Assembly (NCBI GenBank): GCA_963693365.1
Contig: CAVNZM010000005.1
Location: 11,121,728 to 11,185,727, forward strand
Length of the DNA: 64,000 bases
Direction of reading: 5' to 3'
Source of the DNA: Amoebidium appalachense
Lineage: Eukaryota > Protista > Ichthyosporea
The notes under the pieces were generated by a model. That model was not told the DNA's origin. It made no database searches and saw nothing but the letters and a program-made list of their open reading frames with translations. A program made the translations under genes and the position numbers. This document shows, piece after piece, positions 19,304-32,906 of the stretch (the first letter of the stretch is position 1; every line of letters begins with the position of its first letter).

Positions 19304-20999
19304 GGTTGCGTTTCGCGTTACCGCGTGTTGAATGTGTGTACTAATTGTAATACAGGCGAAACTGTATGAATTGGTCAGAGCATATTTTGCCTTTTATAAG
19401 GTTGCCAAACTGCTGGAAGATCTTATCCACAACGGCCGTCCAATGAACGAAAGCCTGAGAGGCGGTCAAATAGTATGATTGATAACGAGGGAGATTTCTA
19501 TCAGCAAGTTTCGAATTCGAAAATAACGAGTAGGGAAAGCGCTATATAGTTGTTATAAAGAGAAAAAAGAGAGAATCGCATTCGATAATATAAGAAAATA
19601 TAACCCTATGAAACTTGTGACTCCGGGAACATTACCTCTCATCCTTGGTGTGAAATCTGATATCGATCTCAGTGGCCACATATGCCAGCTCACACCGGCA
19701 CCGGCGCCAAATGTAACCTCTCGCGATCGAAGACTCATTCAGAACTAAATGAATTCAAATTTAGCTTCTACCAACTAGAAACAGGAGAAACCAAAATGTG
19801 TGTCAAATAAAATGTTTGAAAGAGAGAAATTTGTGAAAGCTTTTCATTACAAAGTATAATCCTGGCATGGTAAAGCGACTACATATATATACTAACAAAC
19901 AATGCCGCGATTCAATGCACTTTTTTTGCAGCATTTACACCGCTCCAAGATCCTCCACTGTGATTGGAATAATTTCGTTACCATTGTATCCAATGAACAT
20001 AGGCCTAGATCCCCCGCCAGATCGAACAATTGTGCCCATACATAAGTTTCTGTTATTGCAAGTATGGAGTTTCTGCATATGTGTATTTATGCATGGTATG
20101 TATAAGTGCCATGTGGTTTACCGCAACTCCTTGGCACATAAAAGTACGCTATGTGGTTGAAATCACCATAAATACAAACTGGCCTGCTGAGTACCGCATA
20201 AAATAAATGTGCATTCAATGGCCACATCTTCAGGCTGAACGCAAGTTAATATATCAACCTGGCAGAAGCTACCAGCCGGAGCATATGCCACATGTGCATC
20301 CATATATGACATATGCATCACGGCATGGCATACCTCGCATCGGCCATGATATCGTATACAGTACAGTACTTCACGGTGATCATAGTCAATCAATGTGAGT
20401 TTGAGGTCCCTAATTGGCTGACAATAACAGCGTGTATAATTTTTGTCTTGATTTCATAGCAATATTATTAGCATGCGGCATGCTATGATCATGCGATCAC
20501 TCGCTAGTATTATAGTACACACATGTACACAGTCAATGGCACACGTGTCTGTGTGCTCGATATGCAATATCGCAATGTCTTGCACTCTTGCAGGCTCTTC
20601 ATATATGTGACTTTAATTTATTGTCATCAAAACGGCCAGATGAGCACCGATGTCCCCATTAATGTTAGTTAGGCCTAAGTAGACAGTCCTTTGGAACCAG
20701 AAGATTTGTTGTTCATTTAGCTCCCTTTAACTCCGTTTATGTAGCTCCGTTCAAAAACTTAATTGTTGTGTGGGGATTTGTGGGAATTATCGCGCGCGGA
20801 TATCGATGTTGAGTGCTCAAAGGGGGAGAAAAAAAAAAGAAAACTGAAAAAAAGAAAATGACGGCTACCAGCGTCTTGCTTCGTACGGTATTTTTTATAA
20901 TGTTACACTAGATGATTCTCAACTTCGTAAGCATTTTTAAGAAAGATAATGATGAACACATACATACTATCGGGAACGTTACCCCCGTGACCACGCCCC

Positions 21000-21060
<61 letters not shown>

Positions 21061-21099
21061 GCGCACACACACGCACACACACGCACACACACACACGGT

Positions 21100-21130
<31 letters not shown>

Positions 21131-21154
21131 TGACACACACACACACACACACAT

Positions 21155-21258
<104 letters not shown>

Positions 21259-21261
21259 TCA

Positions 21262-21303
<42 letters not shown>

Positions 21304-21327
21304 GTGACACACACACACACACACATG

Positions 21328-21380
<53 letters not shown>

Positions 21381-21383
21381 ACA

Positions 21384-21426
<43 letters not shown>

Positions 21427-21427
21427 A

Positions 21428-21897
21428 GGGCGTGTCTGGCAGCGCAGTTATATCGTGTCTTTATCGTATTCGTTTTTTCGCGTAATGACACGATTCCGAA
21501 AATGTGTCATGCCAAACACGCCACAGCTTTCCGGACACGATAATGACGTTGGACATCGAAGTTATATGTATCGTTTTTTCGAAAATCACCTCCGGAGGTG
21601 ACACGACATAACTTTTAGCCAATCGGATCGCTTTTAGTTATTCTAATTTACGACTGGTCAAACAGCTACCAATGAAATCGTATAAAAGATGATTTTTCGC
21701 ATTCCTTTGTCGTGTCGAGATTTTGTGTCGATGTCGAAGCTGGTGCGTGTTTACAAAGAAAATAGGCGTGTTTGGTACGCCATAATCGTATCATTACCCC
21801 TACAGACGCATACCACAAAATAATTTTGTGAACACGATTATTCGTCTTTTCGCAAAATGACACGAATACGATTATTTTTCGGCTGCCAAATACGCCC
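21428..21897. mobile_element. PIF/Harbinger-type (Tourist-like) MITE, 470 bp
   Basis: TIRs GGGCGTGTCTGGCAGC / GCTGCCAAATACGCCC, with TTA duplicated at 21425-21427 and 21898-21900. Inserted in a (CA)n tract; no transposase. Confidence 0.85.
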
Positions 21898-22765
21898 TTA
21901 CACAGACACACGCACCGTGACCTACACACACACAAGTGTGCACACACACACAAAAAAAACATATTTTTTCGTGAACAACCATGGGGAAAGGAGGAGGAAA
22001 GAAAAAGGGGAAAAAAAGGAGGAGGAGGAGGGGGGGGGGAGGGAGGGGGGGGGGCATCAAACTGCTGGAGACGGCTAGACCTGGGTTGGGTTGGCTCCGT
22101 GTCGCGTTCGAAGACTCAAATTTCTCGGGTGATCACAGGGTGAGGTTTTGGGGAATCCGATGTCGAGGTGGGAACAAAAAAACAAAAAGGCTGCCAGCGC
22201 CTTACTCATCTTTTTTTTTCATGATGTACAGTACATGGACGATTCATCATAATGACTCTTGATAATGAATTCATACACACATGGGACCCTCCCCCCCTCC
22301 GCCCCCCTCTCTCCCCCAACACACATACAAACCACATGCACACGCACATGGGCACACACACAACCGTACACACACATACACATATTATTATTTAAAAAAA
22401 AAAGCAAATGAACTTATTATGAACTACAATTCTCCAAACAACCATGGAGGGGGGGCGGGAGGGGTAAAGAAAAAGGAAAAAAAATAAGGGGGGGGGGGGG
22501 GGGGGGGGTTGAGGGTGTTTTCAAACGGCAGGAAGATTGGAAAAAGCAACCAGTTGTACTTGCTGTTAAAAAAACACCCTGGGGAATTTAAGGGGCAAGC
22601 CGGATACACACCGGGGAGAAAACTACAACAAAAACACCATTTCAAGCTTGCGCACTACAAGTCTCAGACGAAACTGCGAAAGTACAAATTTAAAGAAACA
22701 ATTAAAGTAAAAAACAACAAGGTTTTTTGAAAAAAAAAAAAAAAAAAAAAAGGAACATGCAACAC

Positions 22766-25035
22766 CTAAAAAATCGTGTTAAATATTGACCTTCCGTTGC
22801 CAGCCCCCATTCCCACAAATGAAAATACAAGAGCCCCCCCCACCACATCCACAATGCCATATCCGTGCTGGGTCGCCGTTTGTGCATGTTGCGGTGTTAG
22901 ACCCCCCACATCCACCTTTTTCATTTCTGCAGCGTCTATAGGTGTTGCCAAAAGCGTGCCCGCCGTCCCTACGACTATCTGTGCTGGTCTTTGTGATATA
23001 CTGGGAGATATAGCCGCCCTGTTGTGGGGGGAAAACGAGATATATTCCATCATGTGGATATGACCAGAGAGAATAGCCCGTAATGAAGTTGGGAAATTTG
23101 ACCCGGCTGCCTCTTGCAATGTGTAGTCTTCGGCTATGAGTGTGTGGTTGAGTGACGTCACATTGCGCATACCATATATGGGGCGGTGTGTGACTAATAT
23201 GGAAATAGGCACGTCTTTTGCGTAATTGTACAGGGTTTGAAACTGCGTCCTGTAAACGTCTACTTGCTCGATGAAGGAATTGTGCACGCTGTTAGGCAAG
23301 TTTGGCACATCGTTCTCGGATATGTAAAGGGATGCAGTATCAAGAGACAAAAACATGACTTTTCCGGTGTTCACCATGTACGGATCCGTATAAGTCAAAC
23401 AGTTACTCTCCGCTCTATAGTTGTATTCCCCGTGGTACAAAAACCTGAAATACCCCTCGCCGAATCGCTCGCAATCCTCATGATTTCCTCTCGTGAACAA
23501 CCATGGCATGGCACGCAGCAGCTCTGTAGCCGGTCTGAAAAAATCCTCCTCCCATGTTTGAAATGTGTCTCCCGTGGGTGACCCAACACATCCTTGCGTG
23601 TTGTTTGGACATGGGCTCTCCCTGTAAAGGTAGTCTCCTAGGTGCACAACCAACCCCGCCTCCAGTGTCGCCAAGGTGTTCGTGACAGACGCAAATGGCC
23701 AAACGGATGTGTTTGCGCAAGCTTGGAAAGTGGTATCTTTCATGCGGCAACCACTGTCTCCGAGAGTGTAGATCCTGTATGGGCAGGAGAAAAAATAGGG
23801 GCAATGCATGGGATAGGTACGTGGGATGGAGGTTCAAGGAGGATTGAGGGGAGGAGGGGGGGAGCCTAAAGGGAGAGAGAGAAAGGAAAACAAGGGTTCA
23901 GCGAGAAGCACAGCAGTGGGGTTGGAAGATGGGTGGGGGGAAGGGGATAAAGAGGAGAGAGACAGTTAGCCAAAAAAATGTGCGTGAAAAATGAGCGTAA
24001 CATGCCTGTCATTGAGCATTGGATTTGAACTTTATTTCTCTGCACCGCCAACAGGCAGCCGAACAATAGCATACAAACATCCATTCAAGTGCATAGAGGA
24101 TAAATGAGCAGAGTCATTCATAAGCAGCAAGTGTGTTGAGAAACAGGCCGAGAAGAATGAGGCGCCAAGAATGCGCCCAGCCCTATTCCCCTCCCTTCTC
24201 CTTTCCTTACCGCCTCCTTCCGCAGCCCTCCACGTCCACCATAATCTAACACCCATATCCCTCCCTCATTTCCCCCCCTCCCTCGACCCCCCCCCAATCC
24301 TTCCCTCCCCTTCCCTCTTCACCACTCGAAATCCTACCGTGACCACACCTACACCCACCACACCCCACCCCTTCTCACCGCGTACTTGCCACACCCCGGA
24401 ACACTTCAGACTTGCCATCTACAAAGATGCACAAAAACGCTTACCACGCACCATCCAAAAGAAGGAAACCGTGATATCGTTGTGGACACACCCGCCCGTA
24501 GGAAACAATGAGTGCAAGATCGTGCAAACAAAAGATTCCCCCTCCCCACCTCTTTCCGTCGACACCCACCCACCCATCCACCCGAAGATCTAGATGCACG
24601 GTTTGGCCGGGCCACAATTGCAGAGGGCAAGATTCTTCCGGGGAGAGGGGCGGGGGGGGGGGGGGGGAGGGGGAGGGGGAACCCTTCCACTTACCTCGGT
24701 GTTGTTTTAAAATTGTACTTTGGCACAGACCACCTATAGCTACCATGCACGAGCACAGATTCCCCCCCACCCTTTGGGAGCTCTACGTTGCATGTTAGCA
24801 CTGGGTAGCGATCACTAGGTGGCGCTCTCACGCTCATAGGGATTAATCCGTGAGAGCTATCTAGTATGCTTGGGCAGTGTGTGCTTGTGGGGGGGAGGAG
24901 GGCACGCAGTTGTGCCGTTGAATGTGGGCCCAACAGTACATAGTGGTGGAGAATGGAGTGGGCGACACTTAGGGATGAGAATGGGAGCAGGGCTAGAGCG
25001 AGTGTCATCAGAAGTGAAGGGGTGCTAACGGCCAT
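22766..25035 (-). CDS. Secreted calcineurin-like metallophosphoesterase, 2 exons (25035-24695, 23774-22766)
   Basis: N-terminal signal peptide MAVSTPSLLMTLALALLPFSSLSVAH. A phase-2 GTAAGT...CAG intron joins in frame. Motifs GDSGCR, HLGDYLYRE, RGNHE, THRP and GHIH. Confidence 0.85.
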
Positions 25036-26156
25036 ATTTGGAGGGATGCCGGTTGGCTAACCGGGTGTAACTTAGCATGGATAGTAATTAGTGTGATGAT
25101 CATAGTTTACATCAGTGGAGCATCTCGCACTTATAACTAGCGAGTGAAAAGCGTTGCGCATGCGCACGTACGAGTATCAACAACCGGTTCTCTACTGTGA
25201 CGTCATGACCACATGCCTTTTGTGGTGCTGCGTCCACCAATCACGCCCGTGGCCAATAACAAGATCTGTTTGTCCTGTTATAAGATACTCAAGAATGGGG
25301 CCGTGCATAAGATCAGTGTAAGGCTGGGCTTTTCATCCTAGTGGTTGATCCATGGAAGTTTATGTGAGCAGGTGTGTGTGTGTTGTACATGTGTAAGGGG
25401 CGGGGGGGAGAGGGGGGGGATATACTTCGTACTCGGCAATAGAATACATCAACAATGCAGATGGCATAGCACGAAGAAAATCCCTATAGCCCTCCTATGG
25501 GACATGTGTGTGTGACTGTATGCATGGTGTTTGTGTGTGTCTCTGTCTGTGTCTGTGGTGGTAGTGGTGGTGGGGGGGTTGCTTCGTACGGGTCCCGGGA
25601 TAAGTGTGTATGACTTCGGACTGTATGCCTGTTTCGTGGGTGGGTGGGTGGGGCGGCGGTGGCCGCGGGGGGAGTGGGATACACCGGGTGGGGGTTTGCC
25701 ATGGCTGGCACAAGTAGCCAGTTTGTACTCCCGAGTATAGAAGAAAAAGATGTTACACACAGCCCCTCCTGTCGAGACAAATAGAGAGGATCGGTGGGTG
25801 GGTGGGTGGGTGGGGGGGGAAGGGTCATTGCCAAGTGGGAGAAATGTAAAAATAGTGTCTTCACTTTACTCGACATACACAAAAAGAGCAGGAACGACTG
25901 TGCACCAATTAGCTCACATCTGGTGGCCCTTTACAAGGGCCCTCCCCAATGAAAAAATGTTACACGGAATCCAATGGAACAGTGTGGCATACCGGCAATC
26001 TTTCGCCTGCAGCCGCCACCAATCACACTAGTACCCAGTGCACACAGTACATTCACACCTAATGCACTATTATTCCACTTACGAAACTCGGCATTTTTTA
26101 CTCTATTCTATTAAGGTTTTAACCATACGTGACCTCCAGCCTATCAACTGGACTAT

Positions 26157-26262
26157 TTAGAGCTTGGCGCGCTTGTCCACAAGGGCCTGCACGACCGAGG
26201 GGTCGTTAAGGGTGCTGATGTCGCCAAAGTCGGACTCCTTCACGGCAACCTTGCGGAGAATA

Positions 26263-26297
<35 letters not shown>

Positions 26298-26937
26298 ATC
26301 TGTAACGGGAAAAAAATACGAGTTAGGCGGGCGTGGTTCAGGGACATCAAAGTGGTGTCGGTTTTGACACGAAGGGTAGAGCTCGCTCAAGATGGGGAAG
26401 GGGAAGCCAAGGGGGGTGGGGGGGGGGGGGGGGGGTTTGAATGCGTCAAAAAGTACGAAGTACACAAGAACAAACGGATAACACGATGCAGAATGCAAGC
26501 CATACATAAAGAGTATGCATAATAAGCAGAGCCCAGGGGATTTGCTTTCTTCTCCTGTACGGTCATGCATGAGCGATCAAGTGCCAAGATGATTAGTTGA
26601 GTTCCCTACCAGTAAGAAAGATAATTATCTCATCTCCCCCCCCCCCCCCCCCAACACACACACACACAAGCGCATACACAAAAAAAACGTAACGTGTGAA
26701 GTAAAGACCAAGACACACAAGGGAAGACAAGCACTCACCGTTGTGGATCAGGATCCAGTCAGGGGCAGCGAAACCACCGATCTGGGCCCTAATCTCATCC
26801 CTGAGCTCCTTGGCTAGCTGCTGCTCCGACTTCTCGTTCTCGGCCATCAGAGTGACGTAGGCAAACACGGCCTGACCCTTGATCTCGTGGGGAACACCGA
26901 CAACAGCAGCCTCGGCAACAGCGGGGTGAGACCCAAG

Positions 26938-26970
<33 letters not shown>

Positions 26971-27597
26971 GACGAGGAGGAGGGGTGTTGGAAAGGAGAA
27001 GGGGAGAAGGGGAGAAGGGAAGGGGGGGGGGGGGGGGGGGGGGGGCTAGTGATGGGACACAGGTTTGGTTGCGGGGGTGTTGTGTCGTGTGTGTGATGTG
27101 TGACGTACACATTGAGAAAAAACTGCAAAGAATGTGGCATGGAGCACATGCACCTTCAGCCATGCAGAGCAATTATGCAAAAGAGGCAGAGAACATGCAA
27201 TGGTATCCTGGCCTCATGCGAGTATCCGCCAGGCTGTGTGTGTGTGTGTGTGTGTGTTTGGAGGGCAGAGGGGGGGACGTACAGAGCCTCGATCTCAGCA
27301 GTACCAATGCGGTGGCCAGACACGTTGATGACGTCATCGACACGGCCGGTGATCCACAGGTGGCCCTCGTGGTCGCGGCGGCAGCCGTCACCGGTGTAGT
27401 AGTAGCCGGGGAAGGGCTGCAGGTACGTCTCGATGTAGCGCTGAGGGGCGGGGGGGGGGGGGGGGGTGCAAACATGTTAGACACGAAATTCGGCATCTTA
27501 TGAATGGGTCAGTGGCGTGATTGAGTAGCTCAAATCTGCATCTTACTCGTGGGACTCAATCCCTAGTCTTTAAGAATGTATTAGTGCACACTGTAAC

Positions 27598-27629
<32 letters not shown>

Positions 27630-28486
27630 TATCGAATTGAAGGGAGATGTCATTCTGAATACAGAATTTGGTGTAGGAGGTGTGTGGGTGTGCAGGGGGG
27701 GGAGGGGGGTAGCATACGCGGTGGTGGCCGTAGATTGTGCGGGCCATGCCGGGGGGGATCTGCTTGAGTGCGAGAATGCCCTGCTTGTCGTTGCCCTCAA
27801 TCTCCTGACCGTTGGAATCAAGAAGCACGGGCTGGGGGGGGGGGGGGGGGGGGGGGGGTGTTAGTGCCTGGTATGTCTATGCGAACAAAGATGGAAAAGC
27901 ATGCACCTGCAACCAACGCAAACAACATGCATGCAAAAGACTTATGCAAAAAGATAGAAAGCACATGTAGGAAAAGATGCATATATGCATGCATTAGCAA
28001 TGAGAACAACATCTATGCCAAAGTACTTTGTGCAATTTTTGCATGAATTGCACACAGTACATGCGCATGCACGTACACGTAACCGTCACGTAGGGCGCAC
28101 GTACAAGTACACGTCACGTACGGGTGCAAAACTGCAAGAGTACACACTGTTCGCGCAAACAGTACAAGCCAACTGCATGCAAATGCACACAAACACAACC
28201 AGCATGAACACCATGCACACCACACCCATGCACACAGTAACCCCCCCACACACTTACCAGCACACCGAAGAACGGGCGCATAGCTGCACCGGGCTTGAGG
28301 TCCCTATCGCCAGCAATGGGTGTGATCATAGCACCGCCAGTCTCAGTCTGCCACCACGTGTCCACAATCGTGCAGCGCCCACCGCCAACCTTCTCGTGGT
28401 ACCAATTCCATGCCTCGGGGTTGATGGGCTCACCCACTGCATCGATAGTGTGAGTCTACAAGTGCGTTGTTTGCTGGTGTGTGTGT

Positions 28487-28533
<47 letters not shown>

Positions 28534-29895
28534 AATGGATATGGTCTGCAGGTCTTCAGGAAGCTAAGACGGGGCAGGGGAAGGGGGGAAAGGGAGGGGG
28601 GAGAGATTGAACACATTTTCTTCTTTTAGGCATTTGGCAAGGATGAGGGGGAGAGGGGAGAGGGGAGATGGGAGAGGGTGGGGTTAAGGTTGGAATGGGG
28701 GGAGGGGGGAGGTGTTACCGGAGCCAAGGACGCGGAGGGAGGAGAGATCGTGGCCCTTAATCCACTCGTCACCCTTCTGGATCAACATGCTGCAGTCACG
28801 TGATCAGCACACAGTTTGATTGGCCCAGCACACAGTGCAATCGCCCAATCACAAAGCAACAGGCACATGCATGTGCGTGGAAAAAAATCCTACACCATGC
28901 CAGAAACAGAGACAAAGAAAAAAAGATGAGTAAGGGTGGGTGTGGGGAGAGAATAGTAGACCAATTGTAGATAAAGGCGACGAAAACACTATGCAAAAGA
29001 CCTTCGCTTGGAGCCAAAAAGTTGCAAGAAGAGGTATTAAGACAAGGCGGGGGCCGAGGGGGGAGGGGGAAAGGGGGGTGAATGGGGGAGGAGGGGGGGG
29101 GGGGGGGGGGGGGGGGAGGGGGGGGGGGGGGTACCGGAGAGCAGTGGGGGACGTGTAGAACTGAGTGACACCGAGCTTCTCAACCATCTCCCAGTAGCGG
29201 CCTGAAAGGAAAAAATGGTGGGTTAAGTGCCAAACGAGGTGCAAAGGGAAATGGGCGAGGGCGCGTGTGGGGTGGTTGAAGGGCAGGGTGATGGTGGCGG
29301 CGGTTATGTGTGTGTGGGTGAGTGTGTTGGGGGGGGGGGGAAGGGGTAGGGAGGGGGGGTGGTGGTGGTGGTGGTGGTGGTGTGTCTGTGTGTGTGTTGG
29401 GGGGGGGGGGGGGGGGGGGGGGGCGGGGGGGAGTGTCACTGCGTCATTGTGGGTCTGTATATTCGACTCTTTCGCACGTGGGGGGATTCCGGTGTGGGCA
29501 TTTCTGTTGAATAGTGGAAGTTGTGGGATTGGTTTGATAGGGGGGGGGGGGGGGGGGACGTTGGATGCAGTCCAGACAACTAAGGAAACAAGGAAACATG
29601 GCGTGCAACGCAGGTGCTCCCTGTGCACGTGTGTGTGTGTGTGTGTGTGTGTGCACGTGTTTGTGTGTGTGTGCACGTGTGTGTGTGTGTGCGTGGTTGT
29701 TTGTTTTGGGGTGTTTGGCGGTGGGGGGGGGGGGGGGGGGGGGGGATACTGGGGTTGGGGTAGACGGGAGTGGGCTCGAACAGCACGGTGGTGGCGCCGT
29801 TCATCAGGGGACCATAGACGATGTATGAGTGGCCAGTGATCCAGCCAACATCGGCAACACAGGCGTGGATATCACCATCACGGTAGTCGAACACG

Positions 29896-29926
<31 letters not shown>

Positions 29927-30860
29927 GAGAAGTAAGGTTGGAGGGAGAGAGGGGGGGGGGGGGGGGGGGGGTTCGTCAACACCAAAGCACCGTACGATCA
30001 TAAATAACGAAAATGATGCCAAACAGATGTGCATGCTACATCACAAATGCCTATTATGGGCATTCTCTTTTTTAGGGGTGGGGGGAGGTTAGAAGCAGGA
30101 GATGGAAATGGCGATAGAGTGGGATGCGCATAATCCGTGCCCGCCCTAACACCCCATTCCACTGTATGCACGCCCCATTCCACTGTGTGTACACGCATTC
30201 CACTGTATCAACGCCCCATGCTGCATTCCACTGTGTGCACACGTACCTTGTGTGTCAGGGAGGTGTACAGCAGGTAGCCGGCAGTGGAGTGAGCCAGACC
30301 TTTGGGCTTGCCGGTGGAGCCAGACGTGTAGAGGAGGAAGAGGAGGTCCTCGGCATCCATGATCTCGGCCGTGGCAAATGGCCGAGACTGGGGGGAAAAA
30401 ACATGGGTAAGAAGAAAAAAAAAAAGGTAAAAAATATGGGTAAGAAGGAGAAAAACATGGGTAAAAGTTGGTCACCCCTCACCAGTGGCCACCCCTCACC
30501 AACTTTTACCCGAGTTCTCAGACTAGGAAAAGACAAGGGGAAGACAGAGGGAATACATGGGAAGACGGAGTGTTGGTGTGTGGGTATGTGATGTGTATGT
30601 GGTGCTTAGGAGAGTGTGCATAAGCATAACTTAGGATGGATGGATGTATGGCGGCGGAACGGGCTGCCACTGAATGTACAATTCTGCAAGACAAAATAGA
30701 AATTTCACTTGCCATATTCTTTTTTCCACCAAGTAACTTGCAACGACCAAGGGTGAAGAGACAGAAAAGGGAGGGAGGCATACGTCAGCCATCTCGGCAT
30801 CGAGGTCGAGATCACGGCCATCCTTCATGGGCACGGGGTTGCCCGTGCGCTTGCTGACGA

Positions 30861-30913
<53 letters not shown>

Positions 30914-31371
30914 TACGTGTTTGGGTGTGTGAAGCAGGCAAGGGGGATAGGGGGAGGAGAGGATGAGTGATTAAAATGGAAACAAAAAACCGCAGGACAA
31001 AGACAAAGTAGTGCCTGGTGCTATGGGCAGTCAATCTGCGCACGAGTACAACATGTGTGGAGAAGCCCCATTCAAAACTGCCATATAATGCAAACAGACA
31101 CACTGCGGAAGGGGAGGAGGTGTGAGGGTTGATTTTCCATTGCATATTAAGGAAAGGCCACGGGGATGGGGGCGAAACAGTGTCATGGCCCAAGTACATC
31201 ACATAACTGATGTGCGGTGTGGTGGGGTGGGATGTTGGAGGTGCGTGCGTGTGTTTTGAGGGGGGGGGGGGGGGGGGGGGGGGGGCACCTCTGCAACCTT
31301 ATGAACCTGGTACGAAAAACTACAAGGCTACAGTCACAATAGATACCAATGCAAGAAGGTGGGGTGTGAGG

Positions 31372-31409
<38 letters not shown>

Positions 31410-32875
31410 GCAGTCAAGGACACGTACGTGCTTGACCTGGGGGCAGTTGTTGACGGCCTCATCGACAGTCTTCTTGAGCTCAATGACCTTGCCACCACGC
31501 AGACCCTGGTCGGCAGTGATCACGTGCGTGGAGTTGGCTGGGGTGTGGTTTGTTAGCGACCATATATGGGTGTTTCCTGATATGGTAATGGCTCTGTCAT
31601 CCCTCCCTCCCTGCACACACATCCACACTTGCACATATCCAGGGGCTTTCTACTTACCCCCCCCCCCCCCGCGCCTGATAAGTGCACGCGCGCTCGTCAG
31701 CAAGCCATGATTAGGAATAGAAGCCCATGAAGGGTGGGGGGGGGGGGGATAGAGGGAGAGGGAAGGGGCATACCATCGTTGATGCGGCTGGCAAGACCCT
31801 CAGCACTGAAGCCAGCAAACACGACACTGAAAGGGAATAGAGTGTCAGACAGGAACTGCATGCACGTTGTTCCTCTTCTTCCTTTCTCAGCGAGGCCGGG
31901 GAAGGGGGGGGGGGGTTTTGAATGCGTCAAAAAGTACGAAGTACACGAGAACAAACGGATAACACGATGCAGAATGCAAGCCATACATAAAGAGTATGCA
32001 TAATAAGCAGAGCCCATCCTCAGGGGGGGCCCACGTCATCCACAGTACCCGAGTTTCGACCTATTCGGGGGGGGGGGGGGGGGAAGAGGAGAGGAAGAGT
32101 GTGCAAGGTATAAAAGGTGCCCCCGGCTGCTCTTCATATTGATAAATAGCACCAGTAAGGACAGGCTGGGGGCGGGGGCGGGGGGTTCGAGGGGAAGTAC
32201 AGGAATTCCAAGGACATGGTGATTAACATCCTGTATAAAATGTGGTGGGTGGGTGTGGGTTGCAGGGCGGGAGGGGATGGGGGTGATGCATTTAACTTGC
32301 TTGGGCTTGTTTAAGAGAGGCCAGAATAGGGGATGGGGTTGGGGGCAGTCATGGTGCTATTGTTTTTTTTGTTTTTGTTTTTGTTTTTTTTGTTTTTGTT
32401 TTTTTTGGGGGGGGGGGGGAGGTAGATTGTTCATCGAGTACTTTCCAGCCAAAGAAGCGGTTAGAGGGGAGGGAGGGAGAATACCTGTGAGCAGCACCCA
32501 GGCGGGCGCAGGCCAACATGGCATAGACGGCCTGGGGCATCATGGGCATGTAGATGGTCACCACGTCGTACTTGCGCACACCGGCACGGCGCAGGGAGTT
32601 AGCCATCTTGCACACCTCGGCGTGCAGCTTGTGGTAGGTGATGAACTCGGTCTGGCCAGGCTCGTCCTTCTCCCAGATGAGGGCAACCTGGTCGGCCTTG
32701 GTCTTGAGGTGCGCGTCAATGCAGTTGACTGGTGGTGGTGGTGGGGGGGGTGGGGGGGGGGGGGGAAGAGGGAAGAAGGAAGAGGGGAGGGGGAGAGGGG
32801 GTGTTAGTGTACTGTCGAGTATGGAACTTGCAGGCACTGAAAGGAGATTTGGCAAATATTATGATGTGTGTGTGT

Positions 32876-32906
<31 letters not shown>

